Of a DNA stretch of 64,000 bases, positions 12,690 through 24,964 are shown one piece after another (positions within the stretch are counted from its first letter, which is position 1; every line of letters starts with the position of its first letter). The notes under the pieces were generated by a model. It worked only from the letters and a program-made list of their open reading frames with translations, had not been told where the DNA came from and searched no databases. This stretch comes from Podarcis filfolensis (Eukaryota), in the NCBI GenBank assembly GCA_964270895.1, contig OZ185440.1; one strand, given 5' to 3'. The translations under genes and the position numbers were made by a program.

Positions 12690-13200
12690 AAAGAAGAGAA
12701 TTGGAGATAAATGTTAGCTCATTTCTTAAGTAATTAGTTACCTCCTCATCCCCGTGTTGTAATTGTGAACAAGCTGTAATGTTTAATTAGTGTGTAAATG
12801 AAACCCCAATTTCATAATGGCTGCAGTGACAGCGCTAAGTGAGACAGGCACAGAAGGGGCCGCATTGTTTCAGCAGGAGATGAAGCTGTCGCCCAGCAAG
12901 CCGTGCGTCGCTGAGAGAAAATGGAAATGATAAACGAAGTGAGGCTAATTAGCAAAATCATACAGGCCCCACTGATGGTTCTCATCAAGGGGAGGTAATG
13001 AAGCGGGCAGGCCAAGCTGAGAGGGGATTAATTGGAACCGATTCCTGCTCATAGAGCACAGACTCACCACCTCTCTCCGCTGAGACTGGGCCCTTGTCCC
13101 ACCGGGGCCCTTTGAGGAAAGTGGGATGATTGGATCGCATTCAGAATGCAAAGTGAAGTTATTCCTGGCCTCACAAAAGCTGGGGTATTTGGGAGTTTGG
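12690..13200. promoter_or_regulatory. Putative conserved non-coding element (enhancer)
   Basis: Clustered TAATTA, CTAATTAG, GGATTA and TGACAG motifs with retained CpGs. Conservation inferred. Confidence 0.5.
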
Positions 13201-13303
13201 CCAGCCTCAGAAAACTGTGCATTCTTTACTAGTGTCTGTGTAGTGGAGAATGTCTTCCAGGGGCCAGACTTTTGCCATTCATTTGTTGATACCTTTCCAA
13301 GTA

Positions 13304-13545
13304 CAGTAGTACCTCGGGTTAAGAACTTAATTCGTTCTGGAGGTCCGTTCTTAACCTGAAACTGTTCTTAACCTGAGGTACCACTTTAGCTAATGGGGCC
13401 TCTCGCTGCCACCGCGCTGCCAGCGCACAATTTGTGTTCTCATCCTGAAGCAAAGTTCTTAACCCGAGGTACCATTTCTGGGTTAGTGGAGTCTGTAACC
13501 TGAAGCATCTGTAACCTGAAGCATCTGTAACCCGAGGTACCACTG
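13304..13545. mobile_element. Tc1/mariner (Tigger-like) MITE
   Basis: 18-bp TIRs cagt(a/g)gtacctcgggtta, flanked by TA at 13302-13303 and 13546-13547. Confidence 0.92.
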
Positions 13546-13848
13546 TAGTAGGTTGTAAGTGCCCAGCAAATATACAGGACTTTAGTAATTATCTCAGTTA
13601 GTTCTTGGTGGGATGGTTGAAAAAGAACATAGCCAAGGACTTGGCTTAAACTCAGAAAGGAGTAAGGCCCATTCTGTGTATGGTTCACAACTAGGGCCAA
13701 TACAGACCATGCAAGAACAGGAACTGCAATCTGTATCTGCTTCCAGACTTGGTGCCACAACATTTCCTAAGGGGATCTATGAAATATTAGTAGTCAATTG
13801 GGATGAGAGATAATATTAACAAGATATCCTTCTAAATTTTATATACAA

Positions 13849-13948
13849 GGCTGTATTCAACTAACTTACTCAGCGTAGACCCGCTTAGGTTAAGTCATGG
13901 TCATTTATCTCAATGGGTCAACTCTGAGTAGAAGTTAGTTGACTCCAC
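13849..13948. mobile_element. Short palindromic squamate MITE-like element
   Basis: Arms caactaacttactcagcgtagaccc and gggtcaactctgagtagaagttagttg are imperfectly complementary. Confidence 0.6.
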
Positions 13949-15759
13949 TGGCTATGGAATCATCATCTTGGAACTCACTGTGGCAATGGGATGGAAGTGG
14001 TGGTCTAAGCAGTTGATACTACAAATATCTTTCTCTGGCATGAACATTTAAATCCATTGTCTCAGCCATCGGAAACAAGCTGTTGGACTGTATGGTGAAA
14101 CATGGTTAAAAGCATCAGTGTAATGTAAAGTGATCCTAAGACCTTGGGAAAGACAGAATTTGGAACAACTTTAATGGTGATCCAAGGAGAAGATAAGTAC
14201 AAATTCAGAATATAGCTAGGGTGTCTTTCTCAAGTAAGATAGGGAGAAAAATGAGTAAAGGAGAGCCAGAAGACAGTGAGAATAAGGGCGGCAGCAATCT
14301 GAATAGAGGTGTAAGTCAGAACTGTTGAGAAACTTTATAAAAAGGTATTCCTCTTCACTTTTTTTTCTGGCGGTAGAGAGGAAGCTAGAGCAATCCAGAC
14401 AGACAAGCTCTCTAAAATAACAGCCAAGGCCCAAAGAATCAGATTAATCCTTGCCTCTTACCTTCATGACCTTGGAGGATTGTTTTGTCTTTCTAAGCCT
14501 GAATGAGGCAGAACTTCCCTTGGGAGTTGCTCTGCTCTACTGGTGTGCATCTCTCTCTTGTTGCTCTCACACCATCTTAGGGGCACCAGACATTCAAGTG
14601 CATTTTGCAAAGCTATTTTGTTTTTCATCACTATTAATGAAATTAGTTATCCTACAGCAATTAATTAAATAATGTGACTTGGTTTCTCCCATTCCCACAC
14701 TCACCATAAGACCTTTTCAGGCAGCACTAAAACTGCCTGTTTTCTATAAGGCAAAGTGGTGGTGCAGGGGTTTCAGCCCCGCCCCCCACAAAAGCTGTGT
14801 GCTCATGTCCCAGAACAAACCTTTGGTTCCTGTTCCATGTTCCCTTGTTAACTATGAATATTATGAACATGTATGCCGTATTTCCATCCAGTCTCCTAGA
14901 CTGGGATGACTAAAAAATTGAATGGGGTGCCTTTCTTGAAATAATTCAGTAGTAGATGACGAAAAAAGGTGTCAAAATAGAAAGCTCTGGCCTAAAGTCC
15001 CTTTGGCTCCCCAATACTTGAGCTGTCATGCTGAACATTGAAACCACACAGAACAGGTTAAAGAGAGACAGGAATGGCTCTGCTGTAGCAGTGAAAAAAT
15101 TGAAGGCTGTTCCAGAGGTGAACTTTATCCTTTAACATCCTGCAAGGTATGCCCTTTTTGCAGTTGTTGGCACATAATCCTCATCATGTTACATTACTTA
15201 TTGACATTTATGCATGCAGAGAGTCTGGCCTCCCTGCATACCCTCAAACTCTACATGGCCTGAGAGGCAGCCCTGGTGTGTCTCGGGGGATGTCGTTTCA
15301 TCATACTTGCACCTGCTCCTTAACCTGCCTGTGAGCAAATTCCTCCTTCTCTTGTCTACCTCTTTCTCTGTTGTCTTTCAATGTGATCTTTTCATTTACT
15401 TAAACAAGTAGATATGTATTGAAATAATACTTGGCTCAATCCTAGCTGATTATTTCTCAATTTCACTGGGCTAGATTTCAGAAGACTGGGTATTCAATCT
15501 GTTCTCTGCCACAGACTTGTGATACAGTCTTAGTCATGCCCCTTCTTCACTGGCTGCTCCTCCGTAAACAAGTGGAGGTTTTGCGAGCTGTGACTGATAG
15601 AGCTTGGTCTTCATAGAGCTTCCACCGCATGCCTGGTGTTGCATTTAATCTAATGACCATCTCCCCCCCCCCACACTCTCCCCAAGCCCTTAGCTCTTCT
15701 ACTGTGCAATGATCTCCCCAGGCCCGCAAGGGCTTCAAAGAGGGGATGAGAAATATTAT

Positions 15760-16060
15760 TTATTCAGTTGTTTACAGAAGCGTTTGATCGGGAATAGTTC
15801 TTCACTGCCAGCCTGTTCTGTATTATTCATTGCAATAATCTCTGCAGATTGTGATAAACTGTAACAGCGCCGGGGCAGCGAGCAGCGGGGCTTTGCTGAT
15901 GCCGGCGCAGGCACCCTGCTCTAAAATATCGGCAGCTGCAATCATAAATCTCAATTTACAAGTGTGACTATTGCACGGGGAGTTATAGTTATACTAATGA
16001 TTGCTTCTCTGTCTTATTTTTCATGTTGCAACAGAGTAATAAATTTTTAAGAACAGCCTG
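15760..16060. promoter_or_regulatory. Putative conserved non-coding element (enhancer)
   Basis: 10 CpGs in 15781-15980, flanked by AT-rich homeodomain/POU-type words. Conservation inferred. Confidence 0.5.
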
Positions 16061-16274
16061 GGCAGAGTGTTAGGGAAGGAAGCATGGTGCGTCCGCTTCC
16101 AGCCCTCTCTGTGCCTGATAACAGCTCTTCTTCACTCTTCGCAGAAGCGTGGCAGGTTAGTTAGAGCATATCCACCCACATCCTGGGAAAAACACATGAT
16201 TTAAATAAAAGGGATGGGGGTCATTGTTCTTTGAGTGCCATCAAGAGTGCTGTTGCACTGATGTTCTGCTAGCA

Positions 16275-16362
16275 AGCTTCCCCAAGGCAGCTGGCTGGCC
16301 ACTGTGATAACAGGTTGGACCTCTAGACTGAGCCGGCAGGACGATTCTTACATTCTCAAGAA
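16275..16362 (+). mobile_element. Degenerate CR1 3' end
   Basis: cttccccaaggcagctggctggccactgtgataacagg...gattcttacattct. Confidence 0.55.
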
Positions 16363-18749
16363 GTTCCATTGGACCTTGATGTCTTCACTTTTATGATGAG
16401 AGTTGCTTGGGGGAGACAGAATTATGAAAAGTATTTGGAAGGATCCTGCCAGTGTGATGTCATCCAAAAGTCCCCTTGCACCTGCTTTTGCCTCTCGATG
16501 GATGGATAAATAGATGTGGACATGAGTTTCTGTATCTCATCTTTGTCACTTTGAGTGATTTCCCCCTCCATCATTGTACATCTTGACTCCATATTTCTGC
16601 CAGTATACCTAGTATGATTGGAGAAAGCACAAAACAAGATTCTGCTAACTTCACAGATGCTAAGACTAAAATCCTGTGATGCTGACATCACTTCCTGGAC
16701 AAAACCAAGGCTCCAGTTACTGAGTCTTATTCTTTGGTGGTGGTGTGGCTGCAATGCCCTACTTTACTGGCCCAGGCTAAGGTGGCTGCTTTGGACCAGA
16801 ATGCCTTCTCAGCCAGGATGGTGGGACACAGGCCTCACTAAGCATTTCTCAAGTGCTCTCCAAGATCTGTGGTGCGTGGTAGCTGATGGATGCCTCTGTT
16901 CAGAGAGCTGACATGGTGATGTACGCAGAGCCTAGAGACATATAGATTTTTCAAAGTGGCCACTCTGAGCATAATTATAAATATCCAGTCCCTTCACATG
17001 GTAAATTGCTGCTGAGCAGAAACAAAACTCTGCGGGGTGAAGGCCTTCCATCTCTGCCTCTTGTAATATTATTCCAGGAGATCCAACCCATTGCTCCACC
17101 TCGATGGGGATGTAACATAAGTGGTGCCCTAATCTGTTCTCTTACCCATTAGTGCATTACACCCTGATGGTGCAACTCCTTCTGAATGATTGGTTCATAT
17201 TCCATTAAGCAGTGGGAAAGAAGAAAGGAGGGGACTGGCAGGCACCATTGCTGGGCATGCTATTCAGGACAGAGCATTGAGGACTGATGTAGAAAAATTC
17301 AACTCTTAGACCTCTCCTAAGTTTGGTGGATCTGTCACAATGCATGTGTTGTGGAGAGTGAATGGACTCCAGAGAATAGTACTACCTAGTTTGATCAGGA
17401 CCCAGCACTACCTGCTTTTATTTGGACTATATGCCTGCCCTTTGCCTATGAACTGAAAGTTTGATTTCATGTTTCATTATGTTACCAGGAAGCTAACCTC
17501 CAGTGCCCTTCTCCCATTCCTCAGGCACTCATACCTGTTGCTAGGCTGGTTGTGTTTGACAGCAGCCCCCCAACACTGCTATTATTTTTCTTCCCCTTCC
17601 TGGCAGATATTGCAGCATTGGTTGTCACATGATGAATGGAATAGTAATGAACAGTCTTGGATGGAATCCAGCTTTGTTATCTGTACAATTTAGATTAAAA
17701 ACAACCATTACTTAGCAGTTGGGCAGTAGCTATGGTTCATGACCTTTCCCACTCAAGGGACAAGCAAAATCTTTCCAACACAATTATAAACCATTAGGAA
17801 CGCCCCTTTGCTTTACATCTGGAAAATGGTACAGTGAAGGCCAGCCCTGTCCTGAACCCTGATTGGTTATGCTTGGGCACACAGGCACCTCTTGCCAATC
17901 TTGAATCAGTCAGGCTTGTTGGAAGAGACCCTGCGTTTACTTTAAATGGCCTTCCATTGCTAACCATTTTCTGGCAGTTGAAGAAAAAGGCTTCTGTGCA
18001 TCGGGATGCATTTTGGAATCATTCTGATCCACTTGTTTGGCCAAGGATCGGCAGTGAAGAAGTCTGTGGTTAGACAAATAGACTGTTTTGCCTTTTCATC
18101 TTCCTTCTTGGATCATCATTTGAAACCATAACTTGCATGAGCTTTTGTAGATGGAAATTCTGTTAGGGGCTATTTCTCTGCTAAAGTTGAATTACTTTCA
18201 TCAGAATAATATCTTCCTGGCAGCAGAGGAAGCCATACTGGAGCTCACAATATTCATTTTGCATCACCACTCAGCCAAAAGGCTTCTACACAGAAACCTG
18301 AGAGCTTAAAACAAACCAAAGCCAGAGGGGTGCTCTTCTCCCTAGGTGCTCTTATTGTTCACTGGGATTTCTTATAGTTGTTCACAGACAGAAAACTGCA
18401 TAAGATTTGTTTGTTGGTTTGGGAGCAAGGGCTGTGGGGAGAAGGTCAAAGCATAAAATTGGAGTTGAATCGAAATCAATGGCAGAAGCAAAGATTCGTG
18501 ACTGCTTGAGTTAATTGTACCAGCACTGCACTCATTGCTTCGGCTTTCCAAAAGGGTTTGGTGGCTCATTAGTTTGCATGTATGTAAAGTTATTTCTGTT
18601 CAGCTTTTCACCGATTTAATCAAAGTTGCTTTCAGTATAAAAAATATCGGAAATAATAAAATGAGACTAAAAATACCACAATAAAACCATTGAGCTTAAA
18701 ACCATTCTTTTCTTAGAACTGCAAAGATCAAATAGAAAATGCCTGCCAG

Positions 18750-18768
18750 AGTAGTAGTAGTAGTAGTA

Positions 18769-18813
<45 letters not shown>
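18750..18813. repeat. Compound (AGT)n(AAT)n microsatellite
   Basis: Direct read; explains the poly-Tyr ORF. Confidence 0.97.
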
Positions 18814-18815
<2 letters not shown>

Positions 18816-21800
18816 GGCCTATTTCATGAATGTAAAGAGAGGGTGATTGTTCCCAGGCAGAGAATATCTGTGGTACCACCACTGAAAAAGCACTGTCTGT
18901 AGTACTCATCAATCCAATATTCAGTAAAGATAGACTAGGAGCTGGGCCTCTAAAGCTAACCTTATGCACAGGCAAGCTCATGCAAATTATTTGATGCAGT
19001 TGCTCTTTTGGTGTGGGCAGCCACAGAAGGTTAATAGTGTAGATTTTCTCTCCCTCTCCCTCTCCCTAGCCACTGACCTGCTGGAATTAATTCCTATGTT
19101 AATGTTGGGGGGGAGGCAGTATGGGAATCCGAGCTTCTTTAAAGGATAATAAGCCATGTTGATTTCTGGATTCTCCTGTCTTGTCTTATTCCTTACTTGA
19201 CCCCATCCTCTGACAAATATTGGCTGTACTCAGTATAGAATTAGAATGAGGGATTGGGTTGCTTCATTTGTCCATTCTGTATTCCATAGCATTTACAATG
19301 CAACATGTTTCATGCCACAAGAGAGAGAGGAAACCTCACTTTTCACAACTTGCAGGAAGAGTGTAGTTTGAGTGATGAGTTTCTTCCATCATTGAGAAGC
19401 CTGGTAATTTCAGCTATCAGACAGGGAATCCTGTTGGCTTTAAACCAAAATCAGTGACAGATTTGTGACTGCAGAAATGATGTCATTAAGTCCGGAGTGG
19501 TGTGTGCAACTTGAAAGTGATTGAGTGATAGATGCAAGTAATTTTAAAGCTGTTGTCCCAATCTCCCCTCGCAAGGCATTTCAAGAAAAGTTGCATATCT
19601 ACACTTGAGGAGTGTAAATAATTTAAATGAACAATGTCAGGTAAAATTGCAATCACTTACAGCTCAATAATGTTACAGAGAGGAATGTAAAGCAGAGCCC
19701 AGCCTCTTCAGTCATTCAACTATTTCTTCCTCAAAGCTGGAATTAAACAACAATCTGTTTGGTTTTGTGCCAGCTCTCCTGTGGGCCTCGCTGCTGCTGT
19801 GTCCTACAGTGTCACATGCAAGATCACAAATGTGTCTTGTGTTTGGTTATTTCTTGGCCTCAAGGAACATATTGTGTGAATGTTAAAAGTTAGTTGCAAA
19901 CTTGAATTTCTTTGATTTGGGAAGTGGGAGTATCCCCATCCCTTCCTAATGGATAGGCACTAGAGAACAGACAGCAAACATATTCATAACATGCACAACA
20001 GTATTCTTTCACTATGTTTGGACTGATCACTAAGCTGCCATGTGTATCAACTTCCCATTCCATATATATGTTGCCAAAAAGGCATTTGTGCCGCTGCCAC
20101 TTTATTTTTCCTTTTCACGCTGGTTTTGGAACTCTGATTTGTGTGTGGTAACTGGTAGCTATCTCCCCCCCCCCACCCCATGGCATGTTCAATTCATCCC
20201 TATTTACACATGAATGTCACATTAGCCCTTTTTGCCACAAGCTTTGTGTTATTGCAGCCATTTCATCCCCCCAAAAAAGCTCTGTTGTGCTGTGTTCTGT
20301 GAATGGGCATTAAATAGCTCAGCCTCTCATGGGTCTGTAATTCCAACTGCAAAATTGGCAATGCTGGTAATGAGCTTGGGAGTTACTGTGCATTGGACGC
20401 AGCCACTGCTTAAACCTCAATATCTTGGCCATTTAATTTAATGGGGCTTTTTAAATACCCAAAGCGATTAAGTTCACATTGTGAGCTAATCGCCTACAAA
20501 ATTTCATTTCTGAGAGATGCAGCCTGTTTAGGAGAGAATTAGTGGTGAAAATGCCAACTCTGCCTGTTTCTTTCTTCCCATCCCATACTTCCACCCAGAC
20601 AAGTTGGAGGGGAATAGCTGGCTATCGTGGCCTACACAAGTAGTTTATTCCATGCCCAGAAGGATTTGTACAGTTGTCAACATTACCATGCAAAGTGGGT
20701 TTCATAAATATGTTGGACTAGAAAGTTTGCATTAATTAAGAAAAGTTTGTTTTGCCATCTTGAGAGCTCCTACCTGCACTTGTCTGCTCTGCTTTCCAGC
20801 ATACTCCCTCCCAACTATTTTCTCCCCACATGGGGCCTGGTTCTGTGATCAGAGAAGGGAGCATTTGTTTCACCCTCAGGTAGTGGCAACAACAGCAGTG
20901 GTACCTAGTGGAGCTGCATGGCAGCAGGAACTTTTGCACTGATACTGTGCTCTCCCGCACACACACATTGCCTCCATTAGTTACCACCACAGAGTAGCTG
21001 CAGCCCTCCATGAAAAGTGATTTAATGGGTTAGCCACCACAGTAGCTTTTCAACAAGTTCAGGCAACTGTAGATATGGGTGTTGGGTAATTGACCACATG
21101 TTTGAATGGGATCTCTGGATCCAAGGCACTGTAAAATCCTGAGGGTCTGGAAGCATGGATATTCCATCATCCCTGGGCAGACTCAACCCTGCAGCTTCTG
21201 AGCTAGGACAAGCACTCTCCATTCTCCTGGCAGTCAAACCTCTGACCCCTAACTGCCTTATGGCACAAGCAACTTTCTTTCAGATTTTTTACTCTGGAGA
21301 AACCACAGTAGTCTCCATGCCAAACCCAGAGCCCTTCAAGTGTGAGAAGAATTTGAAAAATTTAGAAAGTAGTCATACAGACTCCTTAATCCCTTGAAAC
21401 TTGGAGGGCAAAATCGGGCCTGGTCTGGCCATTGTTGACCCTACCTTAGTGTTCAAGTGGTAACAGCTACCACTACATAGCTCTGATTTGTAGAGTTTTA
21501 TGTATGTTCTCCTACAGATCCATTGAGCCAAGAGGCCTGAACAGTTGATAACCTATCTCACTTATTAAACTCATTAAAAACCTCCCTAAGGGCTCATGAA
21601 GCTTGGATCTTGAGCACAGTGCATACAGATATGTTTAATGAGATGTCCACCTGCAGAGTCATCATAAGCTTAACATCCAGTCAGTGTAGGTTTCTACGGC
21701 ATGAAGCCCAAGCTGTAAACAGAGCCATCTGTTTTAATGGGCTGCAGTGTAAAAACTTCCCCAGTCAATAAATCACAAGGGCATAATTTGTATCCTATGC

Positions 21801-22899
21801 TGCCTGAGGCATTGGGTAAACCTACTCACACACAAGACTCCCCACAACAGCCAGCCTTAATGACCATTTGACTTAACTTTCTTCCTCCACTACCTTTTGG
21901 GAGCTCACAGGAAGAACAATTGGATGTGGCAGCTATTCTGTAAATAGTTTCAATCTCTAATCTAGTGTTAGACTTTCTCAGTCACTCCTCTCTCCCCTCC
22001 TCCAACGTTATTCTGTCTAGACTTGGTTTCTTCAGAAAGGAAACATATAGGAGGATACCATTCCATGCCAATAAGAGGAAATGTCTAATGCGATCTTGTA
22101 AGGAGGGAGTCAGAAATTTAGAGCTGTAAAATTCATTCCTCCTCTTACTCTGGGGCACTCCTTGTTTGGGCTTCAATGCTACGGGTGTTCATGCCCCCCC
22201 CCCAGGCACTTTCCCCTGATGTTTGTATGGGATAGCAGGTTGTGCATGGAAATTATAGCCAATCTCCTAAACTGTGAAGAAGATAATTTGGGGCTGGAAG
22301 CATGAATCAGAACTGTGTGGCATTAAAATTTTGAGCAAGGAGTGTGGTTGGACTTGCAAGGGATTCATGGAATTAGAGCTGGTGGGCATCTAAAAGACTG
22401 GACACAGAGGCTGGGTCTGGGATGAATTAGAGTGAGGCTTACTGGTGAAACACACACACACACAGAGATTTGGGTCAGAACTGAGGGGCATCAGAAAATG
22501 TATTTGCTTTCCAGGACTATAGTTCTGGATGGCCAACATTTCAGAGCTTGGGCCCCATCCAGCTTTCTTGCCCTCAGCTTCATTTTGAAAGCCCTCTGTG
22601 TGTGAGCAGAACCTTGGCCTGCTGATCTTCTTTGCATACCTCTGTGACTGAGGCTGCTTGTCTTGTTCCTCACTCTGCATCAACTGGAGAGGGGTCTGCT
22701 GCTTGGAAAAATAATTCCTGCTTGCCTTTTGCAGTAGGCACTCTCAAGTGGGTGATAAATAAGGGCCTTGGGGGCTGCTTGTTTCTCCAGGAGTGACAGG
22801 AGCCTGGGGCTTAGTGGCTGCTTGAGAAAGAGGAGCCCCATTTCCCTTATTTATTTCGAATCCTCCCCTGGCCCTCACTCTCTCCTTCCCCTGGAGGGG

Positions 22900-23270
22900 A
22901 GTTCCACTCCAGCCTGTGTGCGAGGCAGGGATATTAGTCCTCATTACTAATTAAAGGAAGCAGGAGTAATTGACGGATGGCGGATGGCGGGGGAGCCAAT
23001 ATGATTAACGGCCCCTGTCTCTGTCCTGGGGGCCCACGCTGAGCACTACCTGTTAGCTACAAATAAACAAACCTGATAAATAATAAAGAGTTTGGGGCGA
23101 GCAGCAGCCCAGCATTGCTTAAATTAATAGGGATTAGAGGGAGTGCCCTGACATGCAGCTGGGCAGGCAGTTGTTCAGAGAAGGGGTTGGAGTAAACAAG
23201 AAGCAGAGGAGATTCATCACAAAGGCCTGACTGAGTTTCCTTGGCTTTGCAAGCACAGGTGGATCCTTCC
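22900..23270. promoter_or_regulatory. Putative conserved non-coding element (enhancer)
   Basis: cattactaattaaa, gtaattga, tgattaac and taaacaaa (FOX) motifs plus CpGs. Confidence 0.45.
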
Positions 23271-23699
23271 ATCTGTTTTGGATCCCCTACCTGTCATTTG
23301 CCTTACTTGAGCCTCTTGGGTTGCTCAGTCAAGGATGAATAGTGAGACTTCTGGTGAGACTGAAAACAGCAGGTGGGGCACCATTTCCTATGATGTTTTT
23401 GCATGACACAAATTGGCCCAGTGCTGGGATGCTCTGAATGATGCGAGACAGCAACAATTCCTTGTTATTCCCCCCCCCCCACAACCTATTGTGTAAGCAT
23501 TTAGAGGGGTTTCTTCTAGTCTATTTCTTAAGCTTTCTGAGATCCTTGTATGAGACGTTCCACACTTTATATGGCAGTTGCATTTGCTGTAAGGACATAG
23601 TATTTCCTGTGTAGCACAGACATGAAGTGTGAAAGGCACAAATGCTTTCTTAAGCACATGTGAAACTGTGATAGGGAGCTATTGTTTGCTCAGGAGTCT

Positions 23700-23700
<1 letters not shown>

Positions 23701-23730
<30 letters not shown>
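23701..23730. repeat. (AC)15 microsatellite
   Basis: Direct read. Confidence 0.97.
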
Positions 23731-23734
<4 letters not shown>

Positions 23735-24045
23735 TTAAGAATGTGTGTCTCTTTACACTTTGTTTGGCTCCAAGCAGCTGCTACATTTCTAGCCATCTAA
23801 GGTTGCAGTGAAAAGTAGACACTAAAGGTGTCAAGCTGGGCATACAGTTTGTTAAATAATGCACTTGAAAGGGGAGTAACAAATCTGGTACTCTATATGG
23901 GAACCAGCTTTACTTGAGCTAGGGTTCCATCAGGGCCAAACTAGGCATGCCATTCCTAGAGTGATTGCAATCAATATGCCTAATCTTACAAAATAGAAAT
24001 AGTAGCCATGTGGTTGAGGGAAAGAATCAGGATGGGAACTGTCAG

Positions 24046-24508
24046 TGTCAGATGGTGGTGGTGGTTGCTCGTGAGTAACCAGGCAGGACTCTGACCTGGC
24101 TTTTACAGGTTTTATTGTGCAAACTATTTACAGTGCAGATCTACCAAGTTCATGTCCGTCTCAGTCACTTGCAGAATCCGGGAGTGGCCCCTTCCGGTTT
24201 CTCCCCCAACAGAAGAACTTCAGCTCCCCAAGCCTCCTCCTCCCCTCCTTGCGTTTCACCCCTCTGCGCAAGCTAGGTGACGGAAGGGGCGTGCCTCCCT
24301 CCTGGCCAGCCTGGCTAGATGAGGCGCTGGGGTTCTCTGCAGCATCCTCGAGCCCTTTCCTCGCTTGGCTGGCCCCTTCCCCCTCTTCTGCACTGGAGGT
24401 GTGGCTTTTCCCAATGCTGGAAGAGGAACTGCTCCTCAGTTTTGGAGGCTCTCTGTATCCCAACGGCCCCTCTGCCTCCCTTCCCTGTTCCAATGGCAGT
24501 CCCTGACA
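24046..24508 (-). mobile_element. Solo LTR (463 bp) of an LTR retrotransposon or ERV
   Basis: TGTCA...TGACA termini, a 5-bp TSD GTCAG at 24041-24045 and 24509-24513, and a minus-strand AATAAA (tttatt at 24111-24116). Confidence 0.85.
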
Positions 24509-24799
24509 GTCAGGATTAACCCTTCCTCCTACTCTGATCTCACTGAAATCCTCCCCTTGCTTTTTAAGCTGCTGTTTGCCTTGAAAAGGAAGCTTCAAGC
24601 AAATGAAACTTCCCTCCTGGAGTAAATAGTGGCTTGTGGGGGCAAGGAGGAGTTTCATCAGGACCAATGTATGGGGAGGGGGAGTAACCAGCCCCCCTCC
24701 CTCAGGTCTCTCAATTGGCAACTATTTTATTTTTTAAGACAATACAATTTCAATCATGCCATCAACCTCATGTCTATCTAGTTCGGCCTTTAGCAAGCG

Positions 24800-24964
24800 T
24801 GTTGTCAAAGCACTTCACGTGTATTGTCTAATAGTGATCCTAACAACGGCCCCAGTATAATGTCTGTCAGTATTATCATTTTGTAGATTGTTGGGGGGTC
24901 TGAGGCTAAGAGAGAGTGGCTAGCCAGAGGCCATCTGGTGAGACCATGGCAGAGGCAAGATTTG
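24800..24964 (-). mobile_element. MIR/core-like SINE, 3' part (interrupted by the L1)
   Basis: Joins 28146-28213 into one continuous SINE when the L1 and one TSD copy are removed. Confidence 0.7.

Noticed and set aside
3320-18981. Poly-Pro and poly-Tyr ORFs
   Set aside because: They are translations of the (CCT)n and (AGT/AAT)n microsatellites.
24161-24721. 186-aa minus-strand ORF and overlapping plus-strand ORFs
   Set aside because: They arise from the GC-rich solo LTR, have low-complexity translations and cross the LTR boundary.
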